Source: an uncultured virus (IMG/VR IMGVR_UViG_3300044627_003959) (lineage: Duplodnaviria > Heunggongvirae > Uroviricota > Caudoviricetes). From it: a stretch of DNA of 64,000 bases. The DNA lies in the IMG/VR virus record IMGVR_UViG_3300044627_003959; one strand, written 5' to 3'. Below, piece after piece: positions 9,279 to 18,322 of the stretch. The notes beneath the pieces are model-generated. The model made no database searches. It was given only the letters and a program-made list of their open reading frames with translations, and was not told the origin of the DNA. The stretch's first letter is position 1, and each line of letters opens with the position of its first letter. A program made the position numbers and the translations under genes.

Positions 9279-9366
9279 GGAAAGGTGGCGGAGCGGTTTA
9301 ACGCGTCGGTCTTGAAAACCGAAGTACTGAAAAGTACCGTGGGTTCGAATCCCACTCTTTCTTCCA
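9279..9366 (+). tRNA. tRNA-Ser(TGA)
   Basis: GGAAAGG acceptor, TCGGT-CT-TGA-AA-ACCGA anticodon arm, long variable arm GTACTGAAAAGTAC, GTGGGTTCGAATCCCAC, CCA. Confidence 0.9.
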
Positions 9367-9371
9367 CGCAA

Positions 9372-9797
9372 ATGCAAGAGTCAGAAAAAAAGAAGGCTAC
9401 CGGTAATTTAAATAAAGAGTTACAGCTTAATCCTGAGCTAAACCCGCCAGAAAATATAGATGAATTGGAATGCTTAATTTCTCGCCTACAAAATAAGGCG
9501 ATTAATATGCGCCTTCAACTTGAGGACATATCTAGTCGCGAGAAAGATGGGCTGTTTGTAGATTACGACAGAGTGAAACGTTTGTTATATGCGCGCACGC
9601 GCACGAACAAATCAATATCCGCCCTTCAACGCATAGTTAAACAAAAGCGAAGGGAAATAAATGAAAAATTAGGATACAAATTTGAGCAACTTTTTATGCT
9701 TGTGGCCAAAGAAGAATTACCTCTTAGCAAGTATAAGGACATACTGAATATTTGCAAAGCGCGGTATGAAGCGAAGGAAGCATTAGAAGTGAAATAG
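9372..9797 (+). CDS. Coiled-coil hypothetical protein
   Basis: In-frame ATG right after tRNA-Ser; the track's 9240 start runs through the tRNA. Confidence 0.7.
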   Translation: MQESEKKKATGNLNKELQLNPELNPPENIDELECLISRLQNKAINMRLQLEDISSREKDGLFVDYDRVKRLLYARTRTNKSISALQRIVKQKRREINEKLGYKFEQLFMLVAKEELPLSKYKDILNICKARYEAKEALEVK

Positions 9798-9807
9798 AGT
9801 GTGTGTT

Positions 9808-9822
9808 TGTGCTATATATAAA
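9808..9822 (+). promoter_or_regulatory. TGTGTTATATA-class promoter motif (variant TGTGCTATATATAAA)
   Basis: Intergenic; precedes a single gene followed by a terminator. Confidence 0.6.
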
Positions 9823-9878
9823 TGACCGCACAGACAGCCTGTCTGCCAAGTCACTTTAACACCAAGCAAACACCCACA

Positions 9879-10043
9879 ATGAAAACGAAACTCACCCTAC
9901 TACTCGCCACACTGCTCGTCACTAATCTCACATCATGCGATCCAAAAGACCGCGTGGTGGGTGTCACAACCTACTCTGTCACCGTGCCCATCACGGCGCG
10001 GCAGCTGGAGACGCTGCAGCAGCAGGAAGAGCAGAAGAAGTAA
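9879..10043 (+). CDS. Small lipoprotein
   Basis: MKTK + hydrophobic core + lipobox LTS-C; ATG at 9879 after a C/A-rich leader. Confidence 0.7.
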   Translation: MKTKLTLLLATLLVTNLTSCDPKDRVVGVTTYSVTVPITARQLETLQQQEEQKK

Positions 10044-10061
10044 TTCTTGCGCTCCTATTGC

Positions 10062-10100
10062 AACGGACCCTCTTAATTGAGGGTCCGTTTTTTATTTTTT
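10062..10100 (+). terminator. Intrinsic terminator
   Basis: AACGGACCCTC-TTAATT-GAGGGTCCGTT followed by T-tracts. Confidence 0.85.
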
Positions 10101-10183
10101 ATATCTAAAAATAGTGTTTGACATATTTTTAAAAAGAATACTGTATAAACAATATTTTAGTAAACCCAAACACACCACCCCGT

Positions 10184-10336
10184 ATGGAAAAAATACAACA
10201 ACAACAAAACGCGATCTGGGAAGATCTAGGTTTAGACCTGGGTACCCCAGAGGGTGAGGGCTTCGTAGATTTTGATTTCTATGAGCCTCCTCGCCAACAG
10301 CCAGAACTCGTCATGGTAAACGACGACGAATTGTGA
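10184..10336 (+). CDS. Small highly acidic protein, 50 aa (below the ORF-track cutoff)
   Basis: MEKIQQQQNAIWEDLGLDLGTPEGEGFVDFDFYEPPRQQPELVMVNDDEL; C/A-rich leader. Confidence 0.55.
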   Translation: MEKIQQQQNAIWEDLGLDLGTPEGEGFVDFDFYEPPRQQPELVMVNDDEL

Positions 10337-10370
10337 TTGTCAGTCGCTCATAGCTCGTTAGTATACGACT

Positions 10371-10841
10371 ATGAGCGACGATAATAAACGAATTCACGGA
10401 AGAGCATTAGACGCTAAGTTAAATGCTTTAGTATTAGTCAGCTTAATTTTCATAGGTTTTATTTTTAGCTGTTTAATAATCTGTATAGGTTTAGGTTTTT
10501 ATACAAAAAATCCTGCCTTTATTTTACTTATTGGACTATGCGCATTTGTTATTAAATCGTTATTTGACTATATAAAAAAAATAACAGCGCTTAAGAGGAT
10601 AGTAGAAAACAGTCTCTATTCTCAATCAGACAAACAGTATGTATGGGCAATAGAAGAGACACGCGACAAGCTCATGGCCCGGGTTATTCAAGAAGGAATA
10701 TGCCCATGGCGTGAAACTAATAAATGTGTCGATTTGCAAAACTGTAAATGTGAACAACAAACAAGAGCTTTAAAAGAACTTGGTTTGGATCCAACGTTAA
10801 AAAAGATAATCACCCTTAATGACAAAGACACCGGAACCTGA
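10371..10841 (+). CDS. Membrane protein (2 TM) with Cys-rich C-terminus
   Basis: Two hydrophobic segments; CPW...C...CKC. Confidence 0.65.
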   Translation: MSDDNKRIHGRALDAKLNALVLVSLIFIGFIFSCLIICIGLGFYTKNPAFILLIGLCAFVIKSLFDYIKKITALKRIVENSLYSQSDKQYVWAIEETRDKLMARVIQEGICPWRETNKCVDLQNCKCEQQTRALKELGLDPTLKKIITLNDKDTGT

Positions 10842-12075
10842 GCAGCATGATTTTATTGATTATATTGATTATATTGATGTAATTTACTCGACATTAAATT
10901 ATTTAAAAATACACAGGTTTAAAACTAGTGTAATTAATTACGACAGAAATAGTAGCAATAACCATCATTGGATTAAGACCGCCGAAGAAAACGTAAGATT
11001 TATTCAAAACACAGTTTTTAGTAATGATACTAGTATAACTTCAACTGCTTGTGCTAATCTGCATCCTGTGAATGTAGTAACTTCATTCCATGTAGCTACG
11101 GCTTATAATATTAAGAACCGCAAAGACATAAAAGAGCAGTATAGTTTAAGTGCTCGTTTGAATAATGAGCTTGTGGAAAAAATAAGGAACGCTTCTGAGC
11201 TACATATTTTTTACAATAATAAAGATTTAAAATTCGATAACAGGCTTGTTTGGCAGGCGTACAGGAAGCCGGATGATGATTATCATGTTTACTTCCACTT
11301 TCCTGAAACGGACACGTGGATTGATGTTTTTGTAAAAACAATAACTGAACACACAGAAGTATTTATATTCTACGGCGCTGCCGCCATGGCAGTCATAACC
11401 CATGATTCTTATGGTTACAATTTTGGTGGTTTAGAAGACTTCGAGGGGTGTGATATACTGGCCCGATCAAATAATATTAGCAATAAAGAATTGTTAGAAA
11501 AATCTTCAGATGACATAGAAGACGAAGCCAGTGAAGTCGTTGAATCTTTTAGTGAGAAACAAGACGATCCTTTCTTTGAGCCGGATGGTTCTAATAACGC
11601 CCCGCTGTCTTTTATTTCTGGTTCTGAAGAAGAACTTGAGAGATTAATTAAACTGGTGTGCTGCGCTAGTATTCCTATGCAAATATGGGAGAAGTCTGGC
11701 GTGGCGGAGCTTAATATTGCTGTGCGCTCATCAACTGATGATGGCGAGCCTGCGTGTATTGACTTCGATAATATGGATTGGAATTCTGACTGGCCTAGAA
11801 TTAAAGAATTACTTCCCGAAGAATTTATGAGTAATTTTGGACCAATGCTTGATATTATTTTAAGCAACAACACACCTAGCGGGCATTCCTGGGAATATAA
11901 TGACGGCGCTTACGATCGGCGCTCGGGTTATGACCAGCAAGCACTGATGTTAGATATAATTGTATCTGCGCCTTCAGCTCACGAGCAGATCGGCGCTAAG
12001 ATGGAGTTAATGAAACTAGCGCCGATGTTCGGCAAGCAAGCTATTAATAATATTTTAAATATTGGCGATGCATAA
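10819..12075 (+). CDS. Hypothetical protein
   Basis: 418-aa ORF; C-terminal PSAHE motif. Confidence 0.7.
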   Translation: MTKTPEPEQHDFIDYIDYIDVIYSTLNYLKIHRFKTSVINYDRNSSNNHHWIKTAEENVRFIQNTVFSNDTSITSTACANLHPVNVVTSFHVATAYNIKNRKDIKEQYSLSARLNNELVEKIRNASELHIFYNNKDLKFDNRLVWQAYRKPDDDYHVYFHFPETDTWIDVFVKTITEHTEVFIFYGAAAMAVITHDSYGYNFGGLEDFEGCDILARSNNISNKELLEKSSDDIEDEASEVVESFSEKQDDPFFEPDGSNNAPLSFISGSEEELERLIKLVCCASIPMQIWEKSGVAELNIAVRSSTDDGEPACIDFDNMDWNSDWPRIKELLPEEFMSNFGPMLDIILSNNTPSGHSWEYNDGAYDRRSGYDQQALMLDIIVSAPSAHEQIGAKMELMKLAPMFGKQAINNILNIGDA

Positions 12076-12544
12076 AGAAACGACAGAAGAAGTAAATAAA
12101 GAGAAGGAATTATTCGAAGGTCCTCCTTTTGACGTTGCTAAGAGAGAAGATTACATTAAATGGGTCGATAAGCTTAGAGACATCTCAATGCATTTAATTT
12201 ATGCTGTTACTCCGGAAACAGCCTGGAATAATCCTGAAAACAGGTTGGAAGTGGTTTTGCATGGTAACACAGGACAAACTAAAGAATTACCTATAGGTTT
12301 GTATTTGATACTGCTACCAGATGGGGTACCGCAAAAATACAAAAATGCGCTGGCTTGTGCTTTCGCGCATCTATGTATATCTCCTTCTTGTTTAAGAGTT
12401 CCACTTTCTTTATTTAAAGTATTATTAAATAAGCCTTCTGGGCATGAAGTTTTTTCGGCTAAAATGTTTATCAGAAAGTATAGCAGCGATAATGCGCAAG
12501 ACAGTAAAATTCAAATGTGGGCAACTCAGTTACTAGATCAATAA
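12068..12544 (+). CDS. Hypothetical protein
   Basis: ORF track; ATG at 12068. Confidence 0.65.
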   Translation: MHKETTEEVNKEKELFEGPPFDVAKREDYIKWVDKLRDISMHLIYAVTPETAWNNPENRLEVVLHGNTGQTKELPIGLYLILLPDGVPQKYKNALACAFAHLCISPSCLRVPLSLFKVLLNKPSGHEVFSAKMFIRKYSSDNAQDSKIQMWATQLLDQ

Positions 12545-13648
12545 ATGGCTAATCTCAACATCGACAGCGTCAGCCCCAAGAGGGCACATGAACTTGCTAA
12601 CCGTATGGTTAAACTTAAAGATATTCCGTTCTTCTTTCATGGAAGACCAGGTATCGGTAAGTCTGAAATTGTGGAGCAGATTGCTCAGGAGAATAATATG
12701 AAACTTGAGATCTTAATGCTAACGCAGATAGATTCTCAAGATTTACGTGGTATCCAGTACCCAGACCCAGCGTCTAAACGCATGGTGTACTACCCCCCGG
12801 ACTTTCTACCAGGGGAAGATGCACCGCCTACATTATTGTTTTTGGATGAATTAACTGGCGCGGAACCAAGACTACAAGTTTCTGCGTATCAGCTTTTGTT
12901 GTCGCGAAGAATAGGTAACTACTTCCTCCCAGATAATTGTTATGTTTGCGCTGCTGGTAATGGTCCTGCTGATGGTGCCATTGCTTACGATATGGGTACT
13001 GCCTTGGCTTCACGTCTGCTGCATATCAGTGTACAGGCGGAGCCTCGATCCTGGATTGAATGGGCTTTGAATAATAATATTCATAATAGTATTATTACTC
13101 TCATTCAACTTAAAGGGGACTTGCTAGAGCAAACTGATTCACAACTTGAACGTGGAGATCTTATTGGGCCTAACCCGCGTGCATGGGCTCGAGCGTCAAA
13201 AATTCTACATAGTGTCGGCGCTAGTAACCGTGGTATTGCGGAACCTCTTGTTGAGGGTCTTGTTGGTAAATCAGCTGCTGCTGATTTATTTTTGACTGCG
13301 GAGGAGATGAAGGATTTACCGTCGCCAGATAAAATTCTCGCTATGGATATTAAGGAGTTTGGAAAGATCATACCTAAAACTATTCCAAGCTTGTATGGTC
13401 TCACTTATTCTCTTGTCGCTTACGCGTCAGACGTAGCCATGATGGATAAAGCTATTATGTTCTTGCAGGTAGTGGCAGAGCGCGCCACAGATCTTCCTGC
13501 TGCAGATTGTATGTCTTTGGGTATGGAGTTAATTATGGAGAAAGCTATTAAGTCTAAACAAGATAACGCTTTGATGAATGCACCTGCCTTCATCGCTAAC
13601 TTTGATAAAATTAAAGATGTTTATTCTGTCTCATCTAATGAAAAATAA
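12545..13648 (+). CDS. MoxR-like AAA+ ATPase
   Basis: Walker A GRPGIGKS, DLRG, Walker B LLFLDE, AAGN, ALASRL, PNPRAW. Confidence 0.9.
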   Translation: MANLNIDSVSPKRAHELANRMVKLKDIPFFFHGRPGIGKSEIVEQIAQENNMKLEILMLTQIDSQDLRGIQYPDPASKRMVYYPPDFLPGEDAPPTLLFLDELTGAEPRLQVSAYQLLLSRRIGNYFLPDNCYVCAAGNGPADGAIAYDMGTALASRLLHISVQAEPRSWIEWALNNNIHNSIITLIQLKGDLLEQTDSQLERGDLIGPNPRAWARASKILHSVGASNRGIAEPLVEGLVGKSAAADLFLTAEEMKDLPSPDKILAMDIKEFGKIIPKTIPSLYGLTYSLVAYASDVAMMDKAIMFLQVVAERATDLPAADCMSLGMELIMEKAIKSKQDNALMNAPAFIANFDKIKDVYSVSSNEK

Positions 13649-14994
13649 TGAGTATAAAAATCCTACCAAGGAGTAACAAACTTTATGCTACTCTAGAAAA
13701 AGTTAGGAAGTATTGTATCACCAAGAGTCCCGGGTTTGCAGGTGTTGCCCTACTTCCCGAGTATAAAATTGTGGATCCTAAAGATCCACTAGGTAAAGAA
13801 TACGGCTTTACTGATGGACGCTGTATATGGTTAGGCACACGTCTGTTCAAGGAGAGTCCTAAAGCGCAAGCTTTTGTTATTATTCATGAAGTACTTCATG
13901 TTGCCTTGCGTCATCCTCAACGCGCGCTGGCTCTAAGAAAAGCCCGACTTAGCAGAGGTTTGCATTGGTCTAGTGAAGTATTTAATTGGGCGGCTGATGC
14001 CATTATTAATTTTAGTTTAAGTAGCCTGAGTAGTTGGGTGAATAAACCTGATATTGGAGTTATAACATTTGCCACTCTACTACCCGAGGAAGTGCTAAAA
14101 CAAAAACCTGCGCATAATTGGAATGTTGAGCTCTTGTTTGTCTATCTGATGGACAACGTTGTTACACCTGCCATAGAAAATGGTGCGGTCCTTGACGCTA
14201 AACAATGGGGCGAAAAGAACCTACCTAAAAATGGCAGCGGTATGCTTGATATTGAATTACCTTCTATGAATAGAAAAACCCCAGGTAAGGGTGATATTAA
14301 AGAAGATGATCGGGCAGAATCCAGAAACTGGGAGAATAGAGTAAAACGTGCTGCCGCAGGAGACAGACCTGGGGGCATCATGAAAGAAATATTGTTCGAT
14401 ATTCCGATAACGAAAACACCCTGGCGTTATCTACTCAGAAAATATGTGTCAGAAGTTGTAATGCCGAGAACACAAATAAAACCTACCAGACCAAGTAGGC
14501 ACGCTATTATATTGGATTCTTTCTACAAAGAAACATGTAGTGAATGTCTAGTTCCGTTCTTTCCTGCGCATCAACCTATGCCGGGAGTAAGGAAGATAGT
14601 TATAGTGATAGATACATCAGGTTCGATTGACGATCATCTATGTGAGTATTTTGCAGGGGAGATACAATCAGTGAGGGCTAAGGTTGGTTGTGATTTAGTT
14701 TTGATTACTTGCGATGCCGTAGTGCATCAGACAATAAAAGTTAATACATATGATAATCTTCACTCGATTATTAAAGCCCAAGGCGGCTTCAATGGTAGAG
14801 GAGGAACTAACTTTGTTCCTGGTGTGGAAGCGGCGGAAAAAGTAGCTGGCGCTTCAGTTATTATATATTTAACTGATATGATGGGCCCTTATCCTGATAA
14901 ATGCCGTGTCCCATTAATTTGGGCCTCCATTTCTAAAGATTATATAAAACCACCTGTAGGTCGAGTTATAATTATAGAACCAGATAGTTACTAA
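13648..14994 (+). CDS. HExxH metallopeptidase + VWA-like protein (DUF2201-type)
   Basis: FTDG, HEVLH, FNWAADAIIN; DTSGS MIDAS, GRGGT, YLTD. Confidence 0.88.
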   Translation: MSIKILPRSNKLYATLEKVRKYCITKSPGFAGVALLPEYKIVDPKDPLGKEYGFTDGRCIWLGTRLFKESPKAQAFVIIHEVLHVALRHPQRALALRKARLSRGLHWSSEVFNWAADAIINFSLSSLSSWVNKPDIGVITFATLLPEEVLKQKPAHNWNVELLFVYLMDNVVTPAIENGAVLDAKQWGEKNLPKNGSGMLDIELPSMNRKTPGKGDIKEDDRAESRNWENRVKRAAAGDRPGGIMKEILFDIPITKTPWRYLLRKYVSEVVMPRTQIKPTRPSRHAIILDSFYKETCSECLVPFFPAHQPMPGVRKIVIVIDTSGSIDDHLCEYFAGEIQSVRAKVGCDLVLITCDAVVHQTIKVNTYDNLHSIIKAQGGFNGRGGTNFVPGVEAAEKVAGASVIIYLTDMMGPYPDKCRVPLIWASISKDYIKPPVGRVIIIEPDSY

Positions 14995-14995
14995 T

Positions 14996-15586
14996 ATGGG
15001 AGATCCTTTATTCCACAGCCAGTCCTCAGCTAATAAATTTGGCGGAGTACCTGAAGACTATTTACATATACACACTGTGATGGATAGCTCCAAGCTGTTC
15101 CTTGCGGATTGGAGGCACCGAGCGCTGCTACATAATACTTTTGGTATTCATGTATTCGAGCAGTTGCTTGGTGCCTCGTTTTGTCGTAAGTCTGATAACG
15201 TTGCGGTTTGTACTCGCTCGGTTATTTCGCAACATATCATGGAGGACATTAACTCCATCCCTACTCCTGGGGAGTTCCTCCGGGAGATGCCGGTTAAGAG
15301 GTGGATGGCTGGTATGTCTAAGACAGAGAAGGCTACTATGCAGGCTCTGACTATTGAGGGAAATAGCAATAAAGAGGCTTATATACAATCTAATATTCTT
15401 TGGAATCTAGCAAGTAACCAATTACCTCTTCACGACGATTATTATTTAGTATCCTTTCAAGGAACATCAGCAACTTCTTGTGTAAAATTTGTTGCGTCTT
15501 CTAAATGCTGGCTTAATTCCTCAGGTAGAACTTTGACGTCTATTGAGTATTGGGCGGCGCTCCCGATGGGCCCTATAGAAAATTGA
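14996..15586 (+). CDS. DUF6915-like His-rich protein with extra C-terminal domain
   Basis: HSQSSANKFGG.PEDY..IH..MDSSK...RHRALLHNTFGI...QHIMED pattern. Confidence 0.65.
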   Translation: MGDPLFHSQSSANKFGGVPEDYLHIHTVMDSSKLFLADWRHRALLHNTFGIHVFEQLLGASFCRKSDNVAVCTRSVISQHIMEDINSIPTPGEFLREMPVKRWMAGMSKTEKATMQALTIEGNSNKEAYIQSNILWNLASNQLPLHDDYYLVSFQGTSATSCVKFVASSKCWLNSSGRTLTSIEYWAALPMGPIEN

Positions 15587-15588
15587 TT

Positions 15589-15795
15589 ATGGCTGAAGAA
15601 ATTACAAATAAATATAAAGATGATTTGGCAAGATTTTTAATTAAATATGTGCCATCATATACTAGTTTATCTCCTGAGGTCTTGACTTCTATGGAAGAGA
15701 TTTGGGACGCGGTAGGTAACAACAGGATGGAGTTTATCGCGCTTTTGAATAATTTGCGTAAAACACGTAAAAAAAGAGTTGCGCATAATTCTTGA
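15589..15795 (+). CDS. Hypothetical protein
   Basis: ATG 2 nt after the upstream stop. Confidence 0.55.
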   Translation: MAEEITNKYKDDLARFLIKYVPSYTSLSPEVLTSMEEIWDAVGNNRMEFIALLNNLRKTRKKRVAHNS

Positions 15796-15818
15796 TACTA
15801 CTATAGGTTATTTAATAT

Positions 15819-16172
15819 ATGGAATTTGAAACTGATCTGAAATGTCGTTTATACGTCGGCAATCTGAGTTTTCGTGTAAATGAAGATGACGTCAAAGATA
15901 TGTTCGGTACTACAGGTACTGTGACTGATGTATATTTACCTCGCATATATAAAACGAGTAAGCATAAAGGTTTTGCATTTGTTGAGATGGCTAACTTAAC
16001 AGACGCAAAGAATTCTATATTGCAGTTACATGAAAAACCTGATCTTTACGGGCGTCCAATGATTGTACGCTTCGCCGATTTACGTCGCTCAAAAGAAGAA
16101 CAGATTGAGCGGCGTAAAAATGCGGATAGCAGGAATAACAAGCGTAAGAGCTTTAGACCTACAGATGAGTAA
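15819..16172 (+). CDS. RRM (RNP-1) RNA-binding protein
   Basis: RNP2 LYVGNL and RNP1 KGFAFVEM; GRPMIVRFA. Confidence 0.93.
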   Translation: MEFETDLKCRLYVGNLSFRVNEDDVKDMFGTTGTVTDVYLPRIYKTSKHKGFAFVEMANLTDAKNSILQLHEKPDLYGRPMIVRFADLRRSKEEQIERRKNADSRNNKRKSFRPTDE

Positions 16173-16539
16173 TAATAAAACACCCAGAAGAAAGATTTTA
16201 GCAGGAACAAACGAGGCTAAACCTTGGCGTGTTTTGTTACAGGTTAGACCTAGTCTGCTAGCTACTGAGCTAGAACCTGTTATATATTATGTAAGAGGCA
16301 GGGTTGATGAGGCGGGTAACATCGCTTATTTAATGTGGAAGCGGTGGGAAAAAGATGATATAGGACTCGCGGACTTACAATATCCAGACGTAGAAGAGAA
16401 CGGGATTATTGAGTGTATCGATGAGGACGATTTCAAACGAGCTTTCTCGGAAATTAAAAAATATAATCTTCCCTACGCAGCCGCAGGTAATCCGACAAAC
16501 CCTACTGTGTTTACTTGTTTTAAAAGAACAAACATATGA
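16165..16539 (+). CDS. Hypothetical protein
   Basis: In-frame ATG at 16165 overlapping the RRM stop. Confidence 0.65.
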   Translation: MSNNKTPRRKILAGTNEAKPWRVLLQVRPSLLATELEPVIYYVRGRVDEAGNIAYLMWKRWEKDDIGLADLQYPDVEENGIIECIDEDDFKRAFSEIKKYNLPYAAAGNPTNPTVFTCFKRTNI

Positions 16540-16796
16540 AACATCGTTGTTTAAATATGATTGAACTATATCCTGATTCTGCTAAAGTTTTAGCCGCGTT
16601 AGCAAAATACGGAGAAAAAGAAGTCAGTTATGCGTTATTGCAGACCAGATTATCTTTTGATCTAGAACCAGAACTTATTACCTTTCTAGTAGAAAATTCT
16701 TACATAGAAAAAAATGAGCAGGCAGGTCAGGATTATTTAATGCTTTCACCGAAAGGTAGAAGTTTTTTACAATGTAAAATGGATTTAGTAGAATAA
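16536..16796 (+). CDS. Winged-helix-like hypothetical protein
   Basis: LVENSYIE...LSPKGRSFL pattern. Confidence 0.5.
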   Translation: MKHRCLNMIELYPDSAKVLAALAKYGEKEVSYALLQTRLSFDLEPELITFLVENSYIEKNEQAGQDYLMLSPKGRSFLQCKMDLVE

Positions 16797-16799
16797 TAT

Positions 16800-17183
16800 A
16801 TGAATATTAATAGTCTTGCCCTTGAAATTGTCGAGCTGGTTCAAAACGAAACAGCGAATAAAACAAATTTAAACAAGATTAATCGGCAGGTAATTAATAT
16901 TCTAAATAAGATAGTAAGTAATTTTTCTGATACAGAAGCGGATGATTACACCGTTGTAATAAATTTAGATCAAGGCTTACCTGCGTCAGTGATCACAAAT
17001 CATCCCAGTTTAAATGGGGCTTTGTTTGTGTGTACAGATAATATTTCTGTAGCTGACGACGAGGAAGCCGCTATTTGTATCGGAGAGGAAACAATTATTG
17101 TAGGTGTTGGAGAGATACAAATGCAGGACGATATGACTATTTATCATAAAGCCGCACACAAGTTTGAGAGACAAAATTATTAA
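16800..17183 (+). CDS. Hypothetical protein
   Basis: ORF track. Confidence 0.65.
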   Translation: MNINSLALEIVELVQNETANKTNLNKINRQVINILNKIVSNFSDTEADDYTVVINLDQGLPASVITNHPSLNGALFVCTDNISVADDEEAAICIGEETIIVGVGEIQMQDDMTIYHKAAHKFERQNY

Positions 17184-18013
17184 TGAACCCGGACTGTTTA
17201 CCCGTTATCAGAGAAGAAGATATTAAAGATTTGTTATTGGGGGACGATACACCGTTTGATCTCGCGCAAAAGTGCCAGCAAAACGAGACTCCCGCTAACG
17301 TTAATGTTTGTGTATTAGAAGACGATGAAAATGATGAGACTAAAGAAGAAGATGAGGAGCCTGTTATTGCTGAAGTACATCGAGGTACTGTAGATAACCC
17401 TTTTCTTCTCGACGCTACTGAGTATGAACTTCAAAAATTTATTCTTGTTAATATGTTTGTGGCAGGTAAAAATGCGACAGTACAACAAGGTAAATTGGAT
17501 TTATTTATAGCCCGCGCAAAACAAGAAATGGGCGAGTTCGCAGTAAATACTATGGGAGTACTATCGGCTATTTTTCATTCGTATACTGCGGACGAGATGC
17601 AGGACAAGATTTCATCATGGCTCAAGGATGTTAAGACCGGGCAATATGGCAGGCTTTCTGCTGGTATTCAGCAGCTGGCTTCCAAAATTGGACACGGTAA
17701 ATTACACCTGAAGACTTGCGCACGCGAGAAGCTGGTGGGTATAAAAGGTATAGGCTATAAAACGGCCTCTATGTTTTTGATGTATACGCGTAAAAACTGG
17801 CGCGGAGCATGCTTAGATACTCACATTTTAAAGTACATGCGAGAAGAAGCGAAGCTTCCTAATATACCAATTAGCACACCATCTCTAAAAAGTGATTATA
17901 TTAATATAGAAGGTATGTTTATTAGTATAGCTGATCAACTCAGGAAGGGCGTAGCTAATTTAGATTTTGAAATTTGGAGTAAGTACAGGGTCAAACCTAG
18001 TTCTAACCCATGA
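17183..18013 (+). CDS. HhH-GPD DNA glycosylase/lyase (OGG/EndoIII family) with acidic N-terminal extension
   Basis: LVGIKGIGYKTASMFL HhH with catalytic Lys, CLDTHI Asp, DFEIW. Confidence 0.85.
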   Translation: MNPDCLPVIREEDIKDLLLGDDTPFDLAQKCQQNETPANVNVCVLEDDENDETKEEDEEPVIAEVHRGTVDNPFLLDATEYELQKFILVNMFVAGKNATVQQGKLDLFIARAKQEMGEFAVNTMGVLSAIFHSYTADEMQDKISSWLKDVKTGQYGRLSAGIQQLASKIGHGKLHLKTCAREKLVGIKGIGYKTASMFLMYTRKNWRGACLDTHILKYMREEAKLPNIPISTPSLKSDYINIEGMFISIADQLRKGVANLDFEIWSKYRVKPSSNP

Positions 18014-18315
18014 AAAGAACGCCTGTCTACACAGAGGATAAACCAGATAGAAGATTTTTGACACTTATTAGAAATTGGTTAAAAGATCGTAAGCTGGTAG
18101 CGAGTGCTTTGTTGGTTTCTAAATCTAACTTAGTGATAGCTGTAATTCAAAATAGGCAGGCGGATAATATTATATGTTTCTATATGCAAAAACTTTGCGC
18201 ATTAGGAACGGGCGGTATGATCGTTTACTACGATCTTGACTCCATGAGTACAAGATTAAAAGTAAACGTTGAAAATACATTCACTAACTGGTTAGCACAG
18301 CACGCTATTAACTAA
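18010..18315 (+). CDS. Hypothetical protein
   Basis: ORF track, ATGA overlap. Confidence 0.6.
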   Translation: MKRTPVYTEDKPDRRFLTLIRNWLKDRKLVASALLVSKSNLVIAVIQNRQADNIICFYMQKLCALGTGGMIVYYDLDSMSTRLKVNVENTFTNWLAQHAIN

Positions 18316-18322
18316 GCTGCTA

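Noticed and set aside
9279..9366. Opal suppressor tRNA or stop-codon recoding
   Set aside because: Anticodon TGA reads UCA (Ser). Genes tile densely in code 11 and TAA, TGA and TAG all end genes at sensible boundaries.
9240..9371. N-terminal extension of ORF 9240..9797
   Set aside because: It translates straight through tRNA-Ser; an in-frame ATG follows the tRNA at 9372
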